64,000 nt of DNA from an uncultured Candidatus Rokubacteria bacterium (GTDB lineage Bacteria > Methylomirabilota > Methylomirabilia > Rokubacteriales > CSP1-6), in NCBI GenBank assembly GCA_963754315.1, contig CAVWFS010000007.1:576001-640000 (forward strand), read 5' to 3'. Made by a program: the position numbers and the translations under genes. Under the pieces are notes generated by a model. That model was given only the letters and a program-made list of their open reading frames with translations. It did no database searches and had not been told where the DNA came from. Positions 57,128 to 64,000 of the stretch are shown here, piece after piece; position 1 is the first letter of the stretch; each line of letters starts with the position of its first letter.

Positions 57128-58363
57128 ATGTCGTTCACGTCCTTCGACCTCCACCCAGACCTTTTGCGAGCCCTGGACGAGCTGTCCTTCGCGGTGCCAA
57201 CCCCCATCCAGAAGGAAGCCATTCCTCCGGTGATGCGCGGGCGCGACGTTCTTGCCACCGCAGTGACCGGAAGCGGGAAGACGGCCGCCTTTCTGCTCCC
57301 GATCCTGCACCGTCTCCTAAGCAGCCGGCGTGGCGTCACCCGTGCGCTCGTGCTCACGCCCACCCGGGAGCTCGCGGCGCAGATCGACGAGCACCGGGAT
57401 CAGCTGGCGCGGCACACTCGGATCAAGGGCGCCGCCATCTTTGGAGGCGTCGGCATGCAGCCCCAGGAACACGCGTTCCGGCGCGGCGTCGACGTGCTGG
57501 TGGCGACACCTGGACGGCTCCTGGACCATCTGCAGTATCCGTACGCGCGGCTGGACGGGCTGGAGATCCTCGTGCTGGACGAAGCGGATCGGATGCTCGA
57601 CATGGGCTTCCTGCCGGACATCCGCCGCATTCTGAGGCAGCTGCCCGTCAGACGACAGACACTCCTCTTCTCGGCGACCATGCCGCCGCCCATCGTGACC
57701 CTCGCCCAGGAGCTCCTCCACGATCCCCTCGCCGTCAACGTGGGCCGTCCCACGACGCCGGCGGCCGGCATCGCCCAGACCGTCTATCCCGTCCCGCGGG
57801 AGCTGAAGTCTGCGCTGCTCCTCGAATTGCTGAAGGGCACGAGTTTGCGCAACGTCCTCGCGTTCACCCGGACGAAGCATCGCGCCAATCGTCTCGCCGA
57901 GTTCCTGAGTCGGCACGGGGTGGCGGCCGATCGGATCCACGGCAACCGCAGCCAGGCCCAACGTACGCAGGCGCTGGCGCAGTTCAAGGCGGGGCGCGTA
58001 CGCGTCCTCGTCGCCACCGACGTGGCTGCCCGCGGAATCGATATCACAGGACTCAGCCACGTGGTCAACTTCGATGTCCCGGGCGGGCCGGAAGACTATG
58101 TCCATCGGATCGGGCGAACGGCGCGGATGGAGGCCCTCGGCGATGCGCTGACCCTGGTGTCACCCGACGAGGAGGCAGGGTTCCGGGCCATCGAGCGATC
58201 CCTCGGCACGCGTCTGGTACGTGTGACGGTTCCCGAATTCGACTACCGGCAGAGACCGCGCGAGCAGTTCGAGGTCCCGCTGGCCGACCGTATCGCGGCC
58301 ATCCGCGCCCGCAAGAGTGGGGAGCGCGCCGCGGCCCGGCGCCGCGCCGTCCTGGTACGCTGA
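57128..58363 (+). CDS. DEAD-box RNA helicase (RhlE-like)
   Basis: PTPIQ, TGSGKT, PTRELA, TPGR, DEAD, SAT, ARGID, HRIGRTAR. Confidence 0.96.
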   Translation: MSFTSFDLHPDLLRALDELSFAVPTPIQKEAIPPVMRGRDVLATAVTGSGKTAAFLLPILHRLLSSRRGVTRALVLTPTRELAAQIDEHRDQLARHTRIKGAAIFGGVGMQPQEHAFRRGVDVLVATPGRLLDHLQYPYARLDGLEILVLDEADRMLDMGFLPDIRRILRQLPVRRQTLLFSATMPPPIVTLAQELLHDPLAVNVGRPTTPAAGIAQTVYPVPRELKSALLLELLKGTSLRNVLAFTRTKHRANRLAEFLSRHGVAADRIHGNRSQAQRTQALAQFKAGRVRVLVATDVAARGIDITGLSHVVNFDVPGGPEDYVHRIGRTARMEALGDALTLVSPDEEAGFRAIERSLGTRLVRVTVPEFDYRQRPREQFEVPLADRIAAIRARKSGERAAARRRAVLVR

Positions 58364-58380
58364 TCGATTGATCATCGTCA

Positions 58381-58402
58381 GGGGGAGCGGCGCCGCTCCC
58401 CC
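58381..58402. repeat. Perfect 22-bp GC-rich palindrome (REP-like)
   Basis: GGGGGAGCGGC|GCCGCTCCCCC; a further GCCGCTCCCCC arm occurs at about 58474-58484. Confidence 0.6.
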
Positions 58403-58531
58403 CGACACCCCCCACCGGTCACCCGCGGCGGCGGCAGCTTCTGCGCGTCTCGCACATCGTCCGGCAAAGCGCCGCCGCTCCCCCGCACGCCGTAGTGTGA
58501 CGCAGGAATCATCGCGCGGTACCATGCGGGC

Positions 58532-60139
58532 GTGACCGCCGGCGCCGCCCTCGACACTCCCCTGTCGCCCGCGCGACGGTGGGCGATCACCTTCTCGGTA
58601 ATGATGGTCACCATCATGCAGGTGCTCGATACGAGCATCACCAACGTCGCTTTGCCGCACATGCAGGGCTCGCTCTCGGCCGGTGTCGAAGAGATGTCGT
58701 GGGTCATCACCTCCTACCTGGCCGCCAACGCGGTGGCCATTCCCGCCACCGGCTGGTTGTCCGCCCGCTTCGGGCGTCGGCGATTCTTCATGATCTGCAC
58801 CGTTCTCTTCACCGCCAGCTCGTTCCTCTCGGGTATCGCGCCGAATCTGGAATTCCTGATCGCCATGCGCATCTTCCAGGGACTCGGGGGCGGCCCCGTG
58901 ATTCCCATGGCCCAGGCCGTCATGTGGGAGATCTTCCCGCTCCGGCAGCGCGGGACGGCCATGGCCGTGTGGGGCGTGGGCATCATGCTGGCGCCCATCC
59001 TGGGCCCGACCTTGGGCGGCTGGATCGCCGACAACTGGTCGTGGCGCTGGATCTTCTACATCAACCTGCCCATCGGCGTGGCCGGCTTTCTGATGGTGAG
59101 CGCTTTCCTCTTCGACGCGCCCTTCGTCAAGCGTCCGGGGCGGGTGGATGCCCTGGGCCTCGTGCTGATGGTGTGTGGCTTCGGGTCTCTGCAGCTCGTG
59201 CTGGACCTCGGCGAGAAGGAGGATTGGTTCGACTCGGACCTCATCATGCTGCTGGCTGTCCTGGCCGTCTTCCTCCTGGCCGGCTTCGTCGTGCGCGAAC
59301 TGATGGCCTCGGAGCCGATTCTCGACCTCACTGTCTTCAATGATCGGAACTTCTCGCTCGGCACCCTGGCCATCGCGCTGGTCAGTTTTGGGATGAACTC
59401 GAGCATGCTCTTGGTCGCGCTGTACACCCAGAAGATGCTCGGCTATGACGCGTGGACGTCCGGCCTCGTGCTCGCCCCCGGAGGTCTCGGCACCATGATA
59501 GCGCTCATGATCTCGGGACGGCTGGTGGCGCGGATGGACCAGCGCCTCATGCTGATTGGGGGCTGCTTGCTCAGCGCAGCCGCCCTCACCCTCATGACGA
59601 ATCTGACCCTCGGCATGGACTACTGGAGCCTCGCCTTCCCGCGCTTCCTCCATGGCTTCTCCATGGGCTTCATCTTCGTGCCACTGCAGACGCTGTCCCT
59701 GGCCACCGTGCGCATCGAGCGCCTGGGCAACGCCACCGCGGCCTACAACGTCGTGCGCAACGTGGGGGGCAGTGCGGGTGTCGCCCTGGCCACGGCTCTC
59801 CTCGCCCGACGGAGCCAGCAACACCAGGCCACCCTGGCCGGCCACGTGAACGCGTGGAGTGTGGACACCACGCTGCGCCTGAAGGAGTGGACCGACCATT
59901 TCGTGAACCAGGGAGCGGATTCCTTCACCGCCACCCGCCGGGCCACCGCCATGCTCTACCGCATCATGGTCCAGCAGGCGCAGGTGCTCGCCTACATCGA
60001 CGACTTCTGGCTGCTCTCCATCACCTTCGTCGCCGTCCTGCCGCTCATCCCCTTCATGCGCCGGGTCCGTCCTGAGCAGAACGAGCGCGCCCGCCAGCGG
60101 GCGCGCCAGGACGAGCCCGCACCCTCCGCCGCCGAATGA
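58532..60139 (+). CDS. DHA2 (EmrB/QacA) MFS efflux permease
   Basis: MQVLDTSITNVALP, WVITSYL, LGPTLGG, WRWIFYINLPIG, RNVGGS. Confidence 0.95.
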   Translation: MTAGAALDTPLSPARRWAITFSVMMVTIMQVLDTSITNVALPHMQGSLSAGVEEMSWVITSYLAANAVAIPATGWLSARFGRRRFFMICTVLFTASSFLSGIAPNLEFLIAMRIFQGLGGGPVIPMAQAVMWEIFPLRQRGTAMAVWGVGIMLAPILGPTLGGWIADNWSWRWIFYINLPIGVAGFLMVSAFLFDAPFVKRPGRVDALGLVLMVCGFGSLQLVLDLGEKEDWFDSDLIMLLAVLAVFLLAGFVVRELMASEPILDLTVFNDRNFSLGTLAIALVSFGMNSSMLLVALYTQKMLGYDAWTSGLVLAPGGLGTMIALMISGRLVARMDQRLMLIGGCLLSAAALTLMTNLTLGMDYWSLAFPRFLHGFSMGFIFVPLQTLSLATVRIERLGNATAAYNVVRNVGGSAGVALATALLARRSQQHQATLAGHVNAWSVDTTLRLKEWTDHFVNQGADSFTATRRATAMLYRIMVQQAQVLAYIDDFWLLSITFVAVLPLIPFMRRVRPEQNERARQRARQDEPAPSAAE

Positions 60140-60209
60140 GCGCTCGCACCGACGACCAAGAGGACCTGCACTTGACGGGCTCGTACGACCCTCACTACGC
60201 TGTCGACTC

Positions 60210-60884
60210 ATGAGTGACCGACAGCTCGACACGGTCGAGGTGGAGACGGCGCCCGCCCCTCGGGCCGCCATTGTCTGGATGCACGGTCTCGGCGCCGATG
60301 GCCACGATTTTGAGCCGGTGGTGCCGGAACTCGATCTGCCGTCCTCGCTGCCCGTCCGCTTCGTGTTTCCCCATGCGCCGAGGCAGCCCGTCACCATCAA
60401 CGGCGGCTACGTTATGCGAGCCTGGTACGACGTCTTCGACGACCGCGGTGTCCGGCGTGAGGACGAGCCTGGTGTCCGGTCCTCGCAGGGGCGCATCGAG
60501 GCGCTGATCGCGCGGGAGAGGGGACGGGGGATTGCCTCCTCGCGGATCGTCCTGGCCGGCTTCTCCCAGGGAGGGGCTATGGCCTTGCAGACGGGATTGC
60601 GCCACGGAGAGCGCTTGGCGGGCATCATGGCCCTCTCCTGCTTCCTGCCCCTGGCCGGATCAGTGGCGACCGAGGCGAGCCCGGCCAATCGTGCCGTCCC
60701 CATCTTTATGGCCCATGGCACCCAGGATCCTCTCATCCCCCTCGCTCGGGGCCGGGAGGCCTGTACCCTGCTCCAGGCGAACGGCTACCGGATCGAATGG
60801 CACGAGTACCCGATGCCGCACTCCGTGTGCGCAGAAGAGATTCGCGATATCGGAGTGTGGTTGCGCGCAGTACTCCAGGACTGA
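60210..60884 (+). CDS. Carboxylesterase (phospholipase/carboxylesterase family)
   Basis: WMHGLGADG, MRAWYD, GFSQGG, HGTQD, MPHSV; TTGACG-N18-TACGCT upstream. Confidence 0.93.
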   Translation: MSDRQLDTVEVETAPAPRAAIVWMHGLGADGHDFEPVVPELDLPSSLPVRFVFPHAPRQPVTINGGYVMRAWYDVFDDRGVRREDEPGVRSSQGRIEALIARERGRGIASSRIVLAGFSQGGAMALQTGLRHGERLAGIMALSCFLPLAGSVATEASPANRAVPIFMAHGTQDPLIPLARGREACTLLQANGYRIEWHEYPMPHSVCAEEIRDIGVWLRAVLQD

Positions 60885-60947
60885 GGCGGTCCCTCCCTGG
60901 CGCCCATCGTTGGGGGAGGGTGCGAAGGTGGTGCTACGATCAAGAGG

Positions 60948-62630
60948 ATGAGCGAGACACCACGGACTCCTAATTTCATCCGCGCCGTCGTGGCCGACGA
61001 CACGCGCACGAATCGTTGGGGTGGCCAGGTCGTTACCCGCTTTCCGCCCGAACCGAATGGCTACCTCCACATCGGTCATGCCAAGTCGATCTGCCTCAAC
61101 TTCGGCCTGGCCGCCGAGTTTGCGGGGCGCTGTCACCTGCGTTTTGACGACACCAACCCTACCAAGGAGAGCGTGGAGTACGTCGATTCCATCAAGGCCG
61201 ACGTGCGCTGGCTCGGCTTCGACTGGAACGAGCATCTCTACTTCGCGTCCGATTACTTCGAGCAGCTCGCCCGGTGGGCCGTGCAGCTCATCGAGGCGGG
61301 ACGGGCGTACGTCGACGATCTCAGCCTGGAAGAGATGCGCGAGTATCGCGGTACCCTGACCGAGCCCGGGCGAGAGAGCCCCTATCGCAGCCGCTCGGTG
61401 GAGGTGAACCTCGATCTCTTCCGGCGCATGCGGGCGGGAGAGTTCGAGGACGGCAGCAGGACCCTCCGCGCCAAGATCGACATGGCCTCGCCCAACCTGA
61501 ACCTGCGCGATCCGGTGATGTACCGGATCCGGCGTACGTCCCACCACCGTACGGGTGATGCCTGGTCCATCTATCCCATGTACGACTGGGCGCACGGCCA
61601 GAGCGACTCACTGGAAGGCGTCACCCACTCCATCTGTACCCTGGAGTACGAGGACCATCGTCCGCTCTACGACTGGTACCTCGACGCGCTGGGGATCTAT
61701 CACCCGCAGCAGATCGAGTTCGCCCGCCTGAATCTCAGTCATACCGTGCTGAGTAAGCGCAAGCTCCTCGAGTTGGTGGACAGCGGCCTGGTGAGCGGCT
61801 GGGACGATCCGCGCATGCCGACCATCGCCGGACTTCGGCGCCGCGGCTACACGCCCGAGGCTATCCGCGACTTCTGCGAGCGGATTGGGGTCGCCAAAGC
61901 CGACAGCGTGGTAGACGTGGGGCTGCTCGAGCACTGCCTGCGCGAGGACCTCAACCGGCGCGCGCCGCGGGCGATGGCGGTGTTGCGGCCTCTACGCCTG
62001 GTGCTCGACAACTACCCGGAAGACCAGGTCGAAGAGCTGGAGGCGGTGAACAATCCCGAGGACCCAGGAGCCGGGACGCGCCGGGTTCCGTTCTCGCGCG
62101 TCCTCTACATCGAAGGGGAGGATTTTCGGGAAAACCCGCCCAGGAAGTACTTTCGCCTGTCTCCGGGCGCCGAGGTCCGCCTACGCTACGCGTATTTTGT
62201 ACGATGCACACGCGTGGTCAAAGACCCACTCACGGGAGAGATCGTGGAGCTGCACGGAACCTATGACCCGAGCACGCGCGGGGGAGACGCCCCCGATGGC
62301 CGAAAGGTGAAGGGGACCATCCACTGGGTGTCGGCGCCCCACGCCGTCGACGCTGAGGTGCGGCTGTACGATCACCTCTTCCTCAAGTCGCGCCCCGACG
62401 AGGAGGACGACTGGAAAGTCGCCCTCAATCCGAACTCTCTCGAGCGGCTTGTCGGATGCAAGCTGGAGCCGGCCCTCGCCGGCGCCAAGCCCGGTACGCG
62501 ATACCAGTTCGAACGCAACGGCTATTTCTGCGTGGATTCTGTCGACTCCTCCTCCACGCACCTCGTCTTCAACCGCACGGTTTCGCTCCGTGACTCCTGG
62601 GCCAAGATCGAGAAAAGCGAGCAGGCTTGA
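60948..62630 (+). CDS. glnS: Glutaminyl-tRNA synthetase
   Basis: [44 protein letters not shown]; no C-terminal YqeY domain. Confidence 0.98.
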   Translation: MSETPRTPNFIRAVVADDTRTNRWGGQVVTRFPPEPNGYLHIGHAKSICLNFGLAAEFAGRCHLRFDDTNPTKESVEYVDSIKADVRWLGFDWNEHLYFASDYFEQLARWAVQLIEAGRAYVDDLSLEEMREYRGTLTEPGRESPYRSRSVEVNLDLFRRMRAGEFEDGSRTLRAKIDMASPNLNLRDPVMYRIRRTSHHRTGDAWSIYPMYDWAHGQSDSLEGVTHSICTLEYEDHRPLYDWYLDALGIYHPQQIEFARLNLSHTVLSKRKLLELVDSGLVSGWDDPRMPTIAGLRRRGYTPEAIRDFCERIGVAKADSVVDVGLLEHCLREDLNRRAPRAMAVLRPLRLVLDNYPEDQVEELEAVNNPEDPGAGTRRVPFSRVLYIEGEDFRENPPRKYFRLSPGAEVRLRYAYFVRCTRVVKDPLTGEIVELHGTYDPSTRGGDAPDGRKVKGTIHWVSAPHAVDAEVRLYDHLFLKSRPDEEDDWKVALNPNSLERLVGCKLEPALAGAKPGTRYQFERNGYFCVDSVDSSSTHLVFNRTVSLRDSWAKIEKSEQA

Positions 62631-62711
62631 GCTTGAGAGCGTGGCGACGAGGGAGCGTCGGGGCCGCCGGGCGGTGGCGCGCTTGGGGCGGACCGTTCGA
62701 GGCCCCCGGGA

Positions 62712-63308
62712 TCACAATGCGCGCGACTTGATCTCGGCCGCGATGTCCTGACTGAGCCGCGCGAGCAGGCGGCTCTGAGCGGAAACGAGGGCACCGTACG
62801 TTCCATCGCTGGCGGGTTCGCTCAGGTTGACAGCCCGCAGCACGAGTTCCTTCCCGACTCCATCGAGCAGTCGCCAGCGCGCACTGAGAATGAGGGGCCC
62901 CCCCAGCGGTCCATCGAATCGCATAATCTCCATGGCGACCCGGTATTGGATCGCCCACGGAGTCTTCCAGGGATAGACCGCGATGGCATCGGTCGGGATC
63001 ATGCCGGCAAGGTTCTCGGCAACCACCCGCGCCACGCCATCCTTGAGTGATTCCGCCCACCGATGGTCCTCGGAGAGCCGCACCTCGTCGCCCGCCGCGC
63101 GGACCACGATGGCTGCCCGATCGAGGTAGCCCGGAATCGTCACGGGGCCCACGCCCACTACGGGTCCCCGCCCCGCCGCGGGCAGAGCAGAGGGCTGGCT
63201 GGTGCCAGCACGTAGGCGTGCGGTAGCGGGGACCGCAAGGAGCAGCCGGCCGCGCCCCACAAGGCCAGGAGCGTGAAGACGGTGTAGAGAGGTGGGTCGG
63301 AGCCTCAT
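62712..63308 (-). CDS. PqiC-like ABC-transport auxiliary lipoprotein
   Basis: VGVGPVTIPGYLDR, HRWAESL, RFDG, LSARWRL. The lipoprotein signal (LLALWGAAGC) lies in a shifted frame. Confidence 0.85.
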   Translation of the reverse strand: MRLRPTSLHRLHAPGLVGRGRLLLAVPATARLRAGTSQPSALPAAGRGPVVGVGPVTIPGYLDRAAIVVRAAGDEVRLSEDHRWAESLKDGVARVVAENLAGMIPTDAIAVYPWKTPWAIQYRVAMEIMRFDGPLGGPLILSARWRLLDGVGKELVLRAVNLSEPASDGTYGALVSAQSRLLARLSQDIAAEIKSRAL

Positions 63309-64000
63309 CAGTCCTTGCGCCCTCCTCGGCCGAAGATCAGCACGTTCGGTTGGCGATCGAGCTCGTCGGTGAGCGCCCGCAGGCCGCGGGCCATCCGCGT
63401 CAGCTCCTCGAGCATCTCTCCGAGCTGATACCCGAGCGGCGAGTTCCCGTCGAGGACACCGTCCACCTGACCGGCCGTGGATTGGAGCTTCTCGAGCGTG
63501 GCGCGAGCACTGTCGGACGTGCCCTGCAGCGAGGTGACCAGCGGGCGAAGCTGCTCGTTGAGATCCCGGATGACGCGCTGGCCGTCTACCATGAGGGTCC
63601 GGGCGGCATCGGACGTAGCGCTGACGTTGGTCACGAGCGGGCCCACCTGACCGTCGACATTCAAGACCAGCTTGCTGACGTCGCGCCCCACCTCATCGAG
63701 GGTTCGCTTACTCTGTTCGAGGGTCGCCTGCAAGGCGACTGCGGTGGGTCCAATCTTGGAATCGAGGTTGCGCACGAGCCCCTGAGCTTCGGCCAGGGTA
63801 ACCTCCACGGCCCGCAGGGCCTTCTTCACCTCCCCCGACTGGACGAACTTATCGATGCCGTCAAGCGTCCGCGCGGCCGAGATCACGATCTCCTTCAGGG
63901 GAAGTTGCTCGATCTCGGCCACTACTTTCTTGAGCGTCTCCTGAAATTGAGCGAGCGTGGTGGGAAGGGTCGGGATCTCGCAGTCTTCGTTGTCGACGCC
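63308..64000 (-). CDS. MCE/MlaD (PqiB-like) protein, 5' end outside window
   Basis: Frame is open to the window edge (EIPTLPT). Long helical region and C-terminal LRALTDELDRQPNVLIFGR; coupled to pqiC. Confidence 0.85.
   Translation of the reverse strand, partial: GVDNEDCEIPTLPTTLAQFQETLKKVVAEIEQLPLKEIVISAARTLDGIDKFVQSGEVKKALRAVEVTLAEAQGLVRNLDSKIGPTAVALQATLEQSKRTLDEVGRDVSKLVLNVDGQVGPLVTNVSATSDAARTLMVDGQRVIRDLNEQLRPLVTSLQGTSDSARATLEKLQSTAGQVDGVLDGNSPLGYQLGEMLEELTRMARGLRALTDELDRQPNVLIFGRGGRKD

Noticed and set aside
58160..60400. Long antisense ORFs (746 aa here; also 33927-35780, 19906-21366, 22135-23619, 10298-11629)
   Set aside because: Shadow frames of well-supported genes, expected in high-GC DNA, with no recognisable motifs.

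Overview
High-GC bacterial chromosomal window, densely coding. The gene style suggests an uncultured diderm lineage such as Ca. Rokubacteria/Methylomirabilota, but this is inference only. Contents in order: HlyD/FUSC efflux pair; pgl-rpiA-tkt operon; crcB; a broken beta-barrel gene and a patatin beside tRNA-Gly(CCC); a peptide-binding protein; a probable CC-adding enzyme; an amidohydrolase; a RecA/KaiC-like ATPase, ATP-dependent DNA ligase and lexA; tatB; a HAD phosphatase with GlgM-type glgA; a sigma-54 two-component pair; a GT4; DUF72. An accessory, partly decayed segment follows (about 24.5-32.1 kb): secreted protein, HNH and NHL remnants, AraC, and a 7TM kinase-methyltransferase-STAS/GNAT operon. 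Then DUF420, an RRM protein, an MBL-REC-cNMP protein, a degenerate MurB, archease, hpnI-hpnJ, a sulfotransferase, a CusRS-like pair, a cupin-LigA-LigB-MFS operon, citrate synthase with a divergent small HTH gene, DsbA, purine catabolism genes (puuE, pucG-like, uraD-uraH fusion), a DEAD-box helicase, EmrB, an esterase, glnS and pqiC/pqiB. No CRISPR array, rRNA or intact mobile element was seen. Many single-base indels suggest uncorrected sequencing errors, so frameshift calls are provisional. Best leads: (1) a candidate new LexA operator in the lexA promoter, followed by small unannotated peptides, a ligase and a RecA-fold ATPase (possible SOS cassette); (2) the 7TM kinase/methyltransferase/STAS-GNAT operon; (3) a TatB-Ada-Zn fusion; (4) a catalytically stripped MurB; (5) a small HTH protein with 10-bp phased operator repeats.
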